DNA from: Malacoraja senta
Lineage: Eukaryota
NCBI GenBank assembly: GCA_038087875.1
Contig: CM075991.1
Span: 7,876,001 to 7,940,000, forward strand
Direction: 5' to 3'
DNA: 64,000 nt
Of this stretch, positions 1-13,021 are shown in pieces. Numbering within the stretch: the stretch's first letter is position 1; each line of letters begins with the position of its first letter. The notes beneath the pieces were generated by a model. It worked only from the letters and a program-made list of their open reading frames with translations. It did no database searches and was not told the DNA's origin. The position numbers and the translations under genes were made by a program.

Positions 1-344
1 GAAATGCTCTGTGCTTCAAACCAGGAGCCAGAAGGAGCCAGACTTGGGTGACAGGAGGCATGAGATATTTTTACCCGAGTGCTCCCGGCTAATGGAGTGT
101 AGACCATACAGTCTCCAGATGGCAATCTGATGCAGCATGTCAATTGGGTTTGGTTGTTACATTCCGCTATCAAGGGGAGGAGAGCAACACTCAGCCATTA
201 TCAAGACATGGGCCAAGTGCCAGAGGTTTGAAGTTCAAGTTCAAGAGAGTTTATTGTCATGTGTCCCTGATAGGACAATTAAATTCTTGCTTTGCTTCAG
301 CACAACAGAACATAGCAGGCATTGACTACAAAACAGATCAGTGT

Positions 345-477
345 GTCTAAGAAGGGTCTCGTCCCAAAACATCACCCATTCCTTCTCTCCAGAGATGCTG
401 CCTGTCCCCCTGAGTTACTCCAGCTTTTTGTATCGTTCTTTGGTTTAAACCAGCATCTGCAGTTCCTTCCTACACAT
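345..477 (+). mobile_element. Penelope-like element 3' end (pLTR) fragment with degenerate hammerhead core
   Basis: gaagggtctcgtcccaaaacatcacccattcc...ccagcatctgcagttccttcctacaca, same unit as many other copies. Confidence 0.7.
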
Positions 478-799
478 TTCGTCACCCTATAGAGACAGGG
501 GGAACAAAACTGAAGGAACTAATTATCCATTTTGCTTCAGATTTCAAAACAGACTTCACAATGTTTATTTGTAGTGACTTTTGTTAAGTTTAGAGATACA
601 GAGTGGGAAAAGGCCCTTCGTCTCAAAGAGTCCCGAGGGCAGCGTGCGCTGGTAGTGAGGTTCCGACGGTGCAGGAAGGATCTGACTGGGAGGGCCCCCC
701 CTCACCACCACCCAAGCCAGATCTTGGTGCCTGTTGGTCAGTTCTGGCGTTGGAACATGGTCTCCTTTTATTGATTACTTAAAGGGTCAGAATAGTTCA

Positions 800-920
800 G
801 CACAGGAACCTGACTAGGACCCGGGCTAAAGAATGGATGAAATGCTATATTTAGAAATGTACGAATATATCTCGAATGAAGTTTTCTATTTTAATAAATT
901 TTTCCATTCTTCTTTAACTA

Positions 921-959
<39 letters not shown>

Positions 960-1156
960 CTTCTCTTTCTTTTCTTTCTTTACTTCATCTTTCTCTTTAG
1001 TTCTATTTAGTTTAAAAAAAAAAAGGCAAAAGGTATTGGAGACAATGTAATAATAATTGACAATATTATCAATTTAAAAATGTAAGACTGTAATGATGTA
1101 ACTAGGCTGTGTACATATCTCCAATAAAAAAATATTAAAAAAAAAAAAAAAAAAAG
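800..1156 (+). mobile_element. L1/Tx1-like LINE 3' end with poly(A)
   Basis: T-rich 3' UTR, AATAAA near 1123 followed by an A-run. Confidence 0.45.
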
Positions 1157-1710
1157 TTCTGGCAATGAGCATTTTGCCAGACAAGCTGAGTTTCTCCAGC
1201 ATTTTTGTCTACGAATGATTGGAGATGGATCGACTGGAGATATGAACGATCAGTGAGCCACACCGTAGGATCCATTGAGTCTTTGTCTGCAGTACCTGTT
1301 CCATGCTGACCACTGCCCGATGGTCTTGTCAAAGGTGTTGGGCCTGAAAAACCTTTCAGTGAAGGGCAGAAGGTGCCCTGATCTATGAAGGCAAGCATAC
1401 CATATAGGACTGACTTTGGTGCCTTCCCTCACAGTGGGAAACTTTTGATTCTGCTGTGTGGGGATGTTTTTATGTTGAACTCTATCGTGTGTGGTGTTCT
1501 TTATTGTTATTGTATGGCTGTATGGTGAACACACATTTCACTGTACCAACCGGCTCATGTGACAAATCAATGTATCTTGTATCTCTTGTATCATATGCCA
1601 TCTTCATCTACCTTCCCTGCACGTCTCATGGTTCCCGCCCCACTTGAAGTCCGGTTGTTGCACCTCTATCAGGCTCTCATTGTCTATGGTACCACCTCAC
1701 CCTACAGAAT

Positions 1711-2358
1711 GACGGCGCAGCGGTAGAGTCACTGCCTTACAGTGCCAGCGACCCAGGTTCGATCCTGACTATGGGTGCTGTCTTTGCGGAGTTTGTACGT
1801 TCCCCCCGTGACCGCATGGGTTTTCTCCGGGATCTCCCGTTTCCTGCCACACTCCAAAGACGCACAGGTTTGTGGGCTAATTAGATACATAGAAAATAGG
1901 TGCAGGAGTAGGCCATTCGGCCCTTCGAGCCTGCACCGCCATTCAATGTGATCATGGCTGATCATCCAACTCAGTATCCCGTACCGGCCTTCTCTCCATA
2001 CCCCCTGATCCCCTTAGCCACAAGGGCCACATCTAACTCCCTCTTAAATATAGCCAATGAACTGGCCTCAACTACCCTCTGTGGCAGAGAGTTCCACAGA
2101 TTCACCACTCTCTGTGTGAAAACGTTTTTCCTCATCTCGGTCTTAAAGGATTTCCCCCTTCTCCTTAAGCTGTGACCCCTTGTCCTGGACTTGGCTTGTA
2201 AAGATTGGCTTGTAATTGGCTTGTAAAGATTTCAAATTGTCCCTAGTGTGTGTTGGAGAGTGGTAATGTGCGGGGGGGGATCGCCGGTCGGCGCGCACTC
2301 GATGGGCCGAAGGGCCTGTTTCCTCCCTGTATCTCTAAACTAAGCCAAACTAAGCTAA
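1711..2358 (+). mobile_element. HE1/V-SINE-like tRNA-derived SINE, split by a CR1 insertion
   Basis: A-box-like ggcgcagcggtag, B-box ggttcgatcc, tail gggccgaagggcctgtttcc...ctaaactaa. Confidence 0.85.
1883..2190 (-). mobile_element. CR1 LINE 3' fragment (young subfamily) inserted in SINE
   Basis: reverse complement nearly identical to the 49170 and 53812 copies. Confidence 0.85.
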
Positions 2359-3329
2359 AAAGAATGATCTGTCTTCTCATTATGAACATTCTCTCTGCGT
2401 GCAATAGAACTGGCAATTAGGAGACTACATAAAATAAAATCACAATAACATTTCCCCCGAAACCTACGAATATTTTGAAACCATTTAATGTACATGATAA
2501 TTATCAAAATGGTCACCAGGAGAATTTCCCCTGTGGGTGTGTGTTACTAATGGCAATGGTTTTGCAAAAGGCTTATTTCTTTTCACGAAATGATGGTTCC
2601 CATTGAAAAGGCTTCATGGTTCCCAAGTACGTTTCTTAATGTGGTGTTTGTGCCTCATTAGCATAATCTTATTTGCATTATATTTGCCTATGCCGGCAAT
2701 GCAAGATGAGTGATATCCGCGATGTTCATTCTGTAAATCAGATGAGATATGGACGATTCTCTTGCTGTAACTGTGTGAGTTACCTGTGTCATTTGCGGAG
2801 TTTAGCTGCAAACACAGATCAGCTATCGCGGCCCTTGATTAGCCCGTCATATTAATCACTGCCCCAGTGCTACCGACAGGCAGATATCTTAAACCTGCTC
2901 AGAGCTATTTGTCACAGGGCTATTTGAAAGTCTGATTTTTTTTTTTTTTCTTTTTGCGAATTTCGCCTGACGCGAGACTTGATTTGTGTAACCAATTTTA
3001 GTTCTCAAGGTTTCCCGTGCAAACGTTTGCCTGCAATCTATCTCCAGGTCCAAGTGATTATGAATCTTCCAACTTGGGGATGCCTTCAAGTCCGTTTCAC
3101 TTCACCCTTCCAGGACGTCAATGCCAGGTTTTTTTTCCCCTCAATCTATTGCAGTACAAATCGGTTCAAGATCAATTAAGTGGTTCCAGCCAGCACTGTT
3201 GATTTACAGAATCTTGTCAGCTAAGTTCCCATAGGAAAGGATTTGCCTTTGCTTCTGTCAAGCTGCACGGTGACAAGAATGCGTATGAATATGTAATATG
3301 GTGAGGCACAAATTGATAAACTATCTGCA

Positions 3330-3330
3330 T

Positions 3331-3376
<46 letters not shown>

Positions 3377-3537
3377 TGTGTTTATACATATGTGTGTGTA
3401 GGTATATATATATATGTGTGTGTGTGTATATATATATATGTGTGTGTGTGTATATATATGTATGTGCGTGTTGCGTGTATGTATGTATGTGTGTATATAT
3501 ACACACACACACACGCACACACACACACACACACAAC

Positions 3538-3575
<38 letters not shown>

Positions 3576-3586
3576 ACACACACATA
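3330..3586. repeat. compound (TA)n/(TG)n/(CA)n microsatellite
   Basis: directly visible. Confidence 0.95.
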
Positions 3587-3592
3587 AAATAT

Positions 3593-4025
3593 GGGCAGTG
3601 GGCAGGTGCTATAGACCTGCACGGGAAGGTAGACGCTCCCGCCCCCACGTGTCTCGGGCAGATGGGGCTCGTCAGCCTGGGAAGGCAGTCCATCTAGGAG
3701 AGAGAAAACTGATTTAAAACCTCCACTGCCTTGTGGCCATATCCAGTCATGGAAAAGGCTCCAGGAGTAAACCTCAAGAAAATCCGGAGTCGGAGCCCCT
3801 AAGGCAGTTCATCGTTGTCTACAACCTCGCTCTGGCAGCTCCTGCGACGGCGCTGGTGCCAAACTGTAATGGCCCTGCTGTTCCTTTGGATCGATCAGCG
3901 ACATGGAGAGGGGGGTCGTGCTGCATGGGCAACAGCCTGTCCTCCATATGACATCGCCCAGGCTTGCATCCGACCAGGATGCATCACCCATGTCAGTCAT
4001 GACCGAGGAGGGCCTACTACTACTA
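3593..4025 (+). mobile_element. non-autonomous RTE-like retroposon (~430 bp)
   Basis: near-identical inverted copy at 33587-34020; RTE-5'UTR-like motif ggaaggcagtccatctaggagag..aaaactgatt; (CTA)n tail. Confidence 0.65.
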
Positions 4026-4058
4026 TATATAGACGGGGATGTAGAGAGATTTAGAACA

Positions 4059-4705
4059 AACTAGATCCAGTGGGACCCGTTTGGACCCGTTTGGACCTCG
4101 TTCCCCCAACACAATAATCCACCACTCACCTATAGCCCCTAACTGCACAGGCGCAGCTCATTTCCCCTCATCCCCCAGCACTCCCTCCCCTTCCTCGTCA
4201 CCCTCCGTCTTCTTTCCCCTCTCCTCCTCTCCTCCACCACTCCCTCCCTCACCTCTCCCACCCGCACCTCTCCCCCCCTCTCCTTTCCCCTACCCTCAGT
4301 CACTCCCTCCCTCCTTCCATAACACCTCTCCCTTACCTACCCCCCTCCTCTACCTCTATCTGTTTAAATAACATTAAACAACTATCCTCTCCTCTTCCCA
4401 TCCCCCACTCCCTCCCTCTCCTTACAACAATGTAACAAATCTCTCATTGCACTGTCAGTCCTTTCTTTGTTAACATTGTAACAGTGGAGCATTGCTGCCA
4501 GGCAGTTTATGTAAATGAGATCCCATTGTGACGTCATAGCTGTAACTGCCAGTGCAGATGGAAGACATTTTTCTCAAAGTAGGCTTTTGTAAAGTAAAAA
4601 ATGTGAATAACTTGTAAAATATAACATCAATCTGAACGAAACTTAATACATTACACCACAGGACAATGGTGAATAAGGTGGTCCAAAAATTGTAGCGCTA
4701 TTGTG
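4059..4705 (+). mobile_element. probable non-autonomous Helitron/Helentron-like element with internal C/T-rich tract
   Basis: starts aactagatccagtgggacccgttt; pyrimidine low-complexity core; family assignment is tentative. Confidence 0.3.
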
Positions 4706-4945
4706 TAATCTCCCCAAGCGAAATATGAGATGCTGTTCCTCCAATTTGCGATTGGCCTCTCTCTGACAATGGAGGAGGCCTCGGACAGAAAGGTCAGTGT
4801 GGGAATGGGAAGGAGAATTGAAGTGTTTGGCAACTGGGAGATCAGATAGGCCCAGGCGCACTGAGCGAAGGTGTTCAGCAAATATTTCGCCCAGACTACG
4901 TTTGGTCTCGCCAATGTATAAGAGTCCACATCTTGATCAACGGTT
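4706..4945 (-). mobile_element. Penelope-like GIY-YIG endonuclease fragment
   Basis: minus translation CGLLYIGETKRSL...EHLRSV...VAKHFNSPSH...RKLEEQHLIFRLG. Confidence 0.85.
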
Positions 4946-5305
4946 ACAGTCTGTTTATCCTTCCACTGATCTTCATGATCATCGTTAGGATCATCATTGT
5001 TCCGTCAGCCTATTTACAGTGCTCGAGGAGCAAGAGCAAAACCTGTGGATCGCCCTGCGTGATTCAAATGTTTTATTAATGCACCCTCACTGTTTCAGAG
5101 TCTGAGGTTGCACAGAGTTAAGATTCAAGCAATGATGCATTCAGATATTCTACCACCTTGGGTGCCTCAGAGACTGCATCTCCCAGCAATGGATTGGGGA
5201 GCTCAGTACTGCTTACAGCATGGATCCTGGCACTGCTAATTGCTCCCCGTGACAGATTCCCATTGCACACTCAGCAAGCTTTGAGGGAGAACCACGGTGG
5301 CTAAC

Positions 5306-5618
5306 AGGGCGGCACGGTGGTGCATCGGTAGAGTGGCTGCCGTACTGCGCCAGAGACCCGGGTTCGACCCTAACCACCGGTGCTCTCTGTGTACACCTTC
5401 TCCCCGTGACCTGCGCGGGTTTTTTCGTGGGTGCTCTGGTTTCCTCCCACACTCCAAAGATGTGCGGGTTTGTAGGTTAATTGGTCCGGTGAAATTGTAA
5501 ATTGTCTCTCGTGTGTGTGCAGCAGGATAGCGTTCATGTGCGGGGATTGCTGGATGGCGCGGTCTCGTTGGGCCGAAGGGCCTGTTTCCCTGCTGTATCC
5601 CTAAACTAAACTAAACTA
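5306..5618 (+). mobile_element. HE1/V-SINE-like SINE, full length
   Basis: ggcggcacggtgg...ggttcgaccc...ctaaactaaactaaactaa. Confidence 0.85.
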
Positions 5619-5914
5619 ATGTCAGCCCCTTTGCACTAAAACTTTATCTGCCACTGTGGGTGGCTTGATTGTAATTATGTATAGTCTTTTCTTTGATAGA
5701 CATAACGTGCGCGAGTAACTCAGCGGGTCTACTCAACTTCTCTGGTTTTCTCCCGCACTCGAAAGGTACAGGTTAGCAGGTTCATTGACTTTGGTAAAAT
5801 TGTAAATCGTCCCTAGTGTGTGCAGGATAATGTTGGTGTGTGGGGACTGCTGGTCAGCACGGTCTCAGTGGGCTGAAGGACCCGCTTCCACGCTGTATCT
5901 CTAAAGTCTGAAAG

Positions 5915-6038
5915 TCAGTCAGCAACTCTGGAGAAAAAGGATGGGTGACATTGAAAAGACTGTGGAAGGGTCCTGACCCGAAACATCACCCATCCTTTTT
6001 CTCCAGAGATGCTACCTGACCCACTGAGTTACTCCATC
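5915..6038. mobile_element. inverted pair of Penelope pLTR fragments (continues at 6938-6985)
   Basis: ctctggagaaaaaggatgggtgac / atcacccatcctttttctccagag. Confidence 0.65.
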
Positions 6039-6040
6039 TT

Positions 6041-6937
6041 GGAGGAACGGCTGCTAAACAGCAGCCGTCCGTCAAATTCACTTTTTCTTTAGTTTTAGCT
6101 TTTTTTATTTCTTTGTTTGTTTGGGGAATTTTGACTTTTAATGTGGGGGGTAAGGGGGAAACGATTTCTGGGTCCCTACCTGGTCGGTGAGGCAGCTTTT
6201 TCTCCAGGCTGCCTCGTCGACCCGTCCTCGTGGCCTACCAGCGGGCCTGGAGTGCCGTTTCCTGACGGGGACCGCCCAGCACCTTCAGCTTCGATTGGCG
6301 GCACAGCGCTGGAGCGCTATCGTGGAGCGTAGCGGGCGATGCCTTGCCTGGGTCGCCGTGCTGGATCGACGCGCTGGAGCTCCGGTATGCGGTGACCGCC
6401 GAGATCAACACCGGGACTTTAACATCGGGAGCCTCATGGCTCCAAATCGGCGCGGCCCTGTCGGCTTCAGGTGCCATCGACTCTGCTGGGAAACCAGCCG
6501 TTCCAGCCGCTGCGAGGACTCTCCCGACGGCCAGGAACATCGGGCCTCCGTAGAGGCAACTGTGGAGGCCCCGATGGGCCTGACTCTGGGGAGAACTGGG
6601 GTTGGGGACTGGACATTGTGCCTTCCCCCACAGTGGTGGTCATTGTGGGGGGATGATTTTTGTGTGCTGTGCCTGTTAGTCTGTGTGCAAGATGGCGGTC
6701 GGAGGGGAGAGTGGACGCTGGCGCGGTTTGGCTGCCGCTGCTCTCTCCTCAAATTGTGTTTCTTATTTTCTTTTTGTGCTTTTGTACTTGAATTCTGTCC
6801 TTGATTTGTGTATTGTGGTGGTTTTATATTTAATTTATTCCGATTATGTGTTTTGTATTTTTGTGATTCTATGCCTTGTAAGGTGTCCTTGGGTTTTAGA
6901 AAGGCGCCAGTAAATAAAATGAATTATTATTATTATT
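6041..6937 (+). mobile_element. GC-rich non-autonomous element with L2-type 3' tail
   Basis: ends gtaaggtgtccttggg..aaaggcgcc..aataaaatgaa(tta)n; interrupts a Penelope unit; truncated copy at 8340-8657. Confidence 0.6.
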
Positions 6938-7404
6938 GTGTCTACCTTTGGTATAAACCAGCGTCTGCAGTTCCTTGTTTCCACATGTGGCCTTTTCTTG
7001 GACTGGATAACACACAACAATACCTCTGTACACATGACAATACACTAAACTATAACTCAACTAGACTTGCAAGGAATGCTTTTTTCCCACAATAAAGTGA
7101 GGAGGTTTTCATAAGAGAAAAACCATGGATGGAGGAAATTTAGTGGAAAGAATGAAACTTAAATGGGTTTTTTTATACACAAAATGTTGGAAACACTCAG
7201 CAGGTCAGGCAGCATCTGTGGAAGGAGAAACATAATTTACTGGTGTGGGACTCCATGTCAGACCTGGATGACTCTCATTTAAGGATGAAAGGTGATTGAA
7301 TCTATCCTTGTCTCGTCAGATGTTACATAATCCGTTGACCATTTTGGAAATTTGTTGTTCCTTCTCTTTCGTGAGACCCAGGGCCGGGTGGGAGGGATGG
7401 GAAG

Positions 7405-7655
7405 TTTAATTTAGTTTAATTCAGAGAAACAGCGCGGAAACAGGCCCTTCCGCCCACCGACCAGCGATCCCAGCACACGGACACTATCCTACACACACTG
7501 GGGACAATTTACACTTACACCAAGCCGATTAACCTTCAAACCTGTACGTCTTTGGAGTGTGGGAGGAAACCGAAGATCTCGGAGAAAACCGACGCTATCA
7601 CGGGGAGAACGTACAAACTCCCCACAGACAGCACTACCGCTGCACCACCATGCTG
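7405..7655 (-). mobile_element. HE1/V-SINE-like SINE
   Basis: reverse complement of the SINE consensus seen in this window. Confidence 0.8.
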
Positions 7656-8339
7656 CCCCACATGCTCCACATTAATAATAATAATAATAGATTTTATTTA
7701 TATAGCGCTTTTCAGGACTCAAAGTCGCTTAACTCCATTATTAGCTAGAAACCTCTATAAACAGTTTTATATAGCTCATGAGAAAATAACAGTTTTCACC
7801 AAGATTAGAAACCCAATTCATAAGGAATAGGGGTAGAATTAGGCCATTCGGCCCATCAATGATCTATCTATCCCTCCTAACTCCATTTTCCTGCCTTCTC
7901 CCCATAACCTCGTGTCATTGGAACAGAATTAGGCCATTCGGCCCATCGGCCCCCTCAATACCTAATGGATTTCCTGCACGACTAGCAAAATCGAACCTAC
8001 TTGGACACAGAAAGGATTAGCTCTCATTCGAGCAAAACCATGAAAAGATTTGCCAGCAATCCATGAAATTAAACCGGGAAGGCTCTGAACCAGGAAAGTG
8101 GTCTGACCGGTGAACTTTATCAGAATCATGTAACTGCATCACAACTGCCAAACCTCGGTGAAATGAGGTTTGCATTTTTATAGTGTAGGAACAATGAATT
8201 GCAGGTGCAGGTTAATGCATGTCAACAAGTCGGGTCGGGCAGCATCTCTGGAAAACTGGATTGTTTGCTAAGAGATACTCTGGCATTTTGTGTCTTTCTT
8301 TGGTGTAAACCAGCATCTGCAGTTCTTCCTACACATAGA

Positions 8340-8657
8340 TAATAATAATAATAATAATAAATTTTATTTGTGGGCGCCTATACAAAAGTCTCAAGGACAC
8401 CTTACAGAACTTAACAAAGAAACATATAATCGGAGTAAAATAAGTTATAAAGACATCACCAATACACAAATTAAAGACAGAATTCGATCCAAAGACAAAA
8501 AAAAATCAGAAACACAATGTGAAGAGAGAGCAGCGGCAGCTAAACCGCGCCAGCGTCCACTCTCCCTTCCGACCGCCATTTTGGACACAGACTAAAATAG
8601 ACAGTACACACAAAAAATCATCCCCCCACAATGGTTACCACTGTGGGGAAAGGCACA
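8340..8657 (-). mobile_element. 5'-truncated copy of the L2-tailed element at 6041-6937
   Basis: reverse complement aligns to 6620-6937; (AAT)n tail. Confidence 0.7.
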
Positions 8658-8904
8658 TGATAGTTCACATTTCAGGTTGGAACCCTTCTTCAGACTGATT
8701 ATGTGGCGGGGGGGGGGGGAGGGGGGTGGGGAGATGCATGCTGGGGGAGATGAGGTGCAGGACAAACTGCGGCATGTGTTGGGTAGACCCAGGTGAGGGG
8801 GGTTTCAAGATGCAGAGGGTTGGAATGAAGGCCAGAGATTAAAACCGAAGACAGAAGGATGGAAGAGGATTGTGCTCTGGTTGACCACTCTGAGTTGTTG
8901 CTGA

Positions 8905-9365
8905 GTCATAGAGTGTGGAATCCTTCAGCCCAACTTGCCCACACTGGCCAACCTGTCTCAGCTACACTAGTCCCACGTACCTGCGTTTGGTCCATATTCC
9001 TCCAAACTTGTGCTATCTGTCTAACTGCTTCTTAAACGTTGGAATAGTCTCAGCCTCAACAACCTCCTCTGGCAGCTCGTTCCATACACCCACCACCCTT
9101 ATTGTGTGAAATAGTTACCCTTCAGATTCCTATTAAATCTTTTCCCCTTCACCTTAAACCTATTTCCACTGGTCCTCGATTCACCTACTCTGGGCAAGAG
9201 ACTCTGTGCATGTGATAGATAGATTCTTGGTTAGTACAGGTGTCATAGGTTATGGGGAGAAGGCAGGAGAATGGGGTTAGGAGGGAGAGATAGATCAGCC
9301 ATGATTGAATGGCGGAGTAGACTTGATGGGCCGAATGGCCTAATTCTACTGACCTTACGATCTTA
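8905..9365. mobile_element. two adjacent CR1/HER1 LINE 3' fragments in opposite orientation
   Basis: 8905-9210 minus HER1-type tail; 9215-9365 plus ggggagaaggcaggagaatgggg...gggccgaatggcct. Confidence 0.75.
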
Positions 9366-9864
9366 TCATATTTATCAGCTTGACATCGTAACTCTGCTTC
9401 TGCCTCTGCAGATGCTGCCTGACTTGCTCAGCATCTCCAGCCATTTCTGTTTCTAATTTCTTAATCGCAGTTAGCCGTCTTGGCAGACTGCGGTCCGATC
9501 TTCTTTCCATTACAACCATCAGCCTCAGCTGCTTGGGAATGCTGCAGCAATCTCGCTGGTCAGTCAATCTGTAAATAAAATGCTCGCTCGTCTGAAATGA
9601 CCACAATACTCTTTCCTGCAGCGATCTTTCCCTTCGTATTAATCAGTTCGAAGCAGTCACGCGCGCAGTGCCCCAGCAGAGTAAGATTAGCGTTCATTAA
9701 AATCTATCTGTATTGGGGAGCAGATCCTCTCTAACAGCTGCACCATTTTAGTATTGGGCTCAAAGCTTGCACAGAAGTGAGTTCCTGAGTATACCAGTCC
9801 CTCCACTGGACACACTGTCCTTTTCCCATCCAATCAATAACTTGGTCACAATGAACCACCACCA

Positions 9865-10045
9865 TTCAGTGGGACAGGCAGCATCTCTGGAGGGAAGGAA
9901 TGGGTGCCATTTCGGGTCGAGACCCTTCTTCAGTCTCCAGAAGGGTCACCCATTCCTTCTCTCCAGAGATGCTGCCTGTCCCGCTGTTACTCCAGCTTTT
10001 GTTGTGTCTATCTTCGGTTTAAACCGGCACCTGCAGTTCCTTCCC
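9865..10045. mobile_element. inverted Penelope pLTR pair
   Basis: gggacaggcagcatctctggag... / ...ctccagagatgctgcctgtccc. Confidence 0.75.
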
Positions 10046-10482
10046 AAACTAAACTAGATGCTGCATTCAGTTCAGCGTTTTTAATTATTACTGGGGCAGA
10101 AATAGATTGCTCATCCCGTTGTGCCGTTTGCAATGCTATCTCTGGAAGCCAGGCTCACTGCTCTCCCGTTGTGCTGAGAGTCGCTCATTGATGCAGACAT
10201 TTCCTTCTCCGCTCCTTGGACATGAATCAGAAATACAACCAGAGGCCGCTGGAAATAATCGGCACTTAATGCAGCATCTGTGGAGAGGAAAATAGAATTT
10301 GCATTTCACATCGACGTGAAGATCGTTCATCTGAAGCATTAGTTTTGTTTCCTCTCTTCTGGGGCTGCCCCCAGATTACCCACTATTGTTTCCTGTCTTT
10401 CCCCGTCTTTATTTCAGATATATTGCAAGCATTATGATAAAGCAAGTCACAAAGACTCAATGGCTTTTATCTCCAGTTAACT

Positions 10483-10960
10483 GGGGCGGCACGGTGGCGT
10501 AACGGTCGAGTTGCTGCCTTGCAGCACCAGGGACCCGGGGTCGATTCTGTCCACGGGTGCTGCTGTCTGTGCGGAGTTTGTACGGTCCTCCCAGTGTATG
10601 CGTGTGCTTTCTCCGGGTGCTCCGATTGCCTCTGATATTCCAAAGACAATAGACAATAGGTGCAGGAGTAGGCCATTCGGCCCTTCGAACAAGCACCGCC
10701 ATTCACTGTGATCATGGCTGATCATCCCCAATCAGATCCTGCCTTCTCCCCATATCCCTTGACTCCGCTATCTTTAAGAGCTCTATCTAACTCTCCCTTT
10801 ATCCAACTCTCCAATCCAGAGAATTGGCCTCCACTGCCTTCTGAGGCAGAGAATTCCACAGATTCACAACTCTCTGGGTGAAAAGGTTTTTCCTCATCTC
10901 CGTTCTAAATGGCCTACCCCTTATTCTTAAACTGTGGCAGGTTTGTAGGTTAATTGGCCT
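10483..10960 (+). mobile_element. SINE interrupted by minus-strand CR1 tail (10646-10937)
   Basis: SINE head to ccaaagac, CR1 (aatagac)n tail, SINE resumes caggtttgtaggttaattgg. Confidence 0.8.
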
Positions 10961-10974
10961 CTCTAAGTTGTTCC

Positions 10975-11105
10975 GAGTGTGTTCGATAGGCTTAGGAAGT
11001 TCAGCATGTCCCCAACAACTCTCACCAACCTCAGCAAATGCGCCGTGGAAAGCATTTTATCGGGATGCATCACCGCATGGCTTGGGAACAGCTCCATCCA
11101 AGTCC
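10975..11105 (+). mobile_element. Rex1/Babar-type LINE ORF fragment
   Basis: RLRKFSMSPTTLTNLSKCAVESILSGCITAWLGN. Confidence 0.75.
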
Positions 11106-11269
11106 GGCGAGGGCCCATTTCTGTGCCGTGTGGCTCTATCAAAGGCTCCATGAAGGAAAGGTTGGCGTTTGGATTGTGTTTGGTTTTGGGCTCTCCAAGT
11201 CCCAGTTCAGCCTCGAGCTGTTCTTCCATCCCCTGCGCTTCTGGGGAATATCATTCAGATTAACAACCA

Positions 11270-11428
11270 CGTTTCCCTTTCCCCTGACTTTCAGTCTGAA
11301 GAAGGGTCTCGGCCAGTAACGTCACCCATTCCTCCTCTCAACAGATGCTGCCTGTCCCACTGAGTTACTCCAGCTCTTTGTGCATAACTTTGGTTTAAAC
11401 CAGCATCTGCAATTCCTTCTGACACATA
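11270..11428 (+). mobile_element. Penelope pLTR unit
   Basis: cagtctgaagaagggtctc...cagcatctgcaattccttc. Confidence 0.75.
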
Positions 11429-11494
11429 CTGCAATCTTAGTTTCGATTATTGCATTGTATTTATTTTTGTAAAGTTTATAAGAGAAAATCAGAG

Positions 11495-11690
11495 GGTGAT
11501 GGAGGCAGGTTTTCTGGATGCTTTCAAGAGAGAGCTAGATAGGGCTCTTAAAAATAGCGGAGTCAGGGGATATGGGGAAAAGGCAGGAACGGGGTACTGA
11601 TTGGGGATGATCAGCCATGATCACATTGAATGGCGGTGCTGGCTCGAAGGGCCGAATGGCCTACTCCTGCACCTATTGTCTATTGTCTAT
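11495..11690 (+). mobile_element. CR1 LINE 3' end
   Basis: gatcagccatgatcacattgaatggcgg...(ctattgt)n tail. Confidence 0.85.
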
Positions 11691-12384
11691 AAAATATCAG
11701 TTTAGCATTTTAGGCTCACTTGCGGTCACGAAAGGCCATTTCAGTGCAAGTTAATCCAGTCTTTCTTTTCTTCCTGTTGCACTTTCTGTGTTTTTTAAGA
11801 CTATTAATGGGAAGGTTATAATTTTGACCTTTTGTGGATGCCTGCAGGGTTTCGTTGGAACATGGTCTATGACGACAGAAAGGGTGGATGTACTTGCCCT
11901 GGGGTAGTAATGTTATTAATGTGGCGATATTGCAATATCAAATGGAGTTGGCAGTGGACACTTTTGTCAGACGCTTTCATGTTGCTTCGAACCGCAAAGC
12001 AACAGTTATGTCTGAAGAATCTGAATTGGTCCACTGCTTATGCAAATTTCCCTCCAATCTTAAGCAGCAGTCAAACCGGCTTCTTGTCTCATGGATCAGT
12101 TCTGCAGCAGTAATTCAGTCAATGCCCTTAAATCATGGAAGCAAGATAGAATTGCTGAATTAAAACTTAAACAAAACTCTGTTCTTATGTTCATTTTCTT
12201 GAGTTGGTTATTGGAGCAGAGCTAGGCTATTCATCCCATTGCTCATGTGACAATGTTAGCTCTTCATCTGGGGCAGCCTGCCCAGCCAATATATTTAGCA
12301 TCATTCACTGTGTGCAGATTTCCTTCCCAGTAAATCAGAATTTGAGCTATCCAAGTCTGGTGGTACTTCTGTTGCCATTTTTCA

Positions 12385-12705
12385 GTTTAGTTTGGCGTGG
12401 CTTAGTTTATAGATACAGTGTGGAAACAGGCCATTCGGCCCACCGTGTCCACGCCGACCATACACCAGTTCAGTGTTATCCCACTTTCGCATCCTACGCA
12501 CTAGGGGGCAATTTACAGAGGGCCAATTAACCTACAAACCTGCACGCCTTTGGGTTGGGGGAGGAAACCGGAGCACCCGGAGGAAGCCCACACGATCATT
12601 GGGAGGATGTACAAACTCTGCACAAACAGCACCTGCAGTCAGAATTGAATTGAACCTAAGGCCCTGGCACTGTGCGGGCATCAATTTTACCGCTGCGCCA
12701 CTGTA
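12385..12705 (-). mobile_element. HE1/V-SINE-like SINE
   Basis: reverse complement of SINE consensus. Confidence 0.75.
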
Positions 12706-12713
12706 TACCCTAA

Positions 12714-13021
12714 AGGGCCTGTCCCACGTGGCTGTCATTTGCACGTCATGCAGATGGCGCGCGAAGATTTTGTACATCACAAAATCCTGCAACGTGGAGA
12801 CCGTGCGTCGCTGCCTATGTCATCGCGCACCATGCGCGCATCACATACGTGTGACAATGATAAATATATACCTAAACTTAAGGGCCTGTCCCACTTGGCC
12901 GTCATTTGCGCGTAATTTACGCGACATCATTTACGCGTCACGACGCGCGTCGCACGCGTCATGACGCGTAAATGATGTTGCGTAAATTATGCGCAAATGA
13001 CGGGCAAGTGCGACAGGCCCT
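12714..13021. mobile_element. Harbinger-like MITE (CpG-rich subfamily) with internal foldback duplication
   Basis: TIR agggcctgtcccac; TAA on both sides; third TIR at 12881. Confidence 0.75.

Noticed and set aside
3221..3717. Multiple overlapping ORFs
   Set aside because: Translations of dinucleotide microsatellites.
5306..5380. tRNA genes at SINE heads
   Set aside because: A/B boxes are present but continue into the SINE body and LINE-like tail; no complete cloverleaf or terminator.
6187..6804. 205-aa GC-rich ORF / CpG-island promoter
   Set aside because: Lies within a repeat with an L2-type tail that has a second partial copy at 8340-8657 and interrupts another TE.
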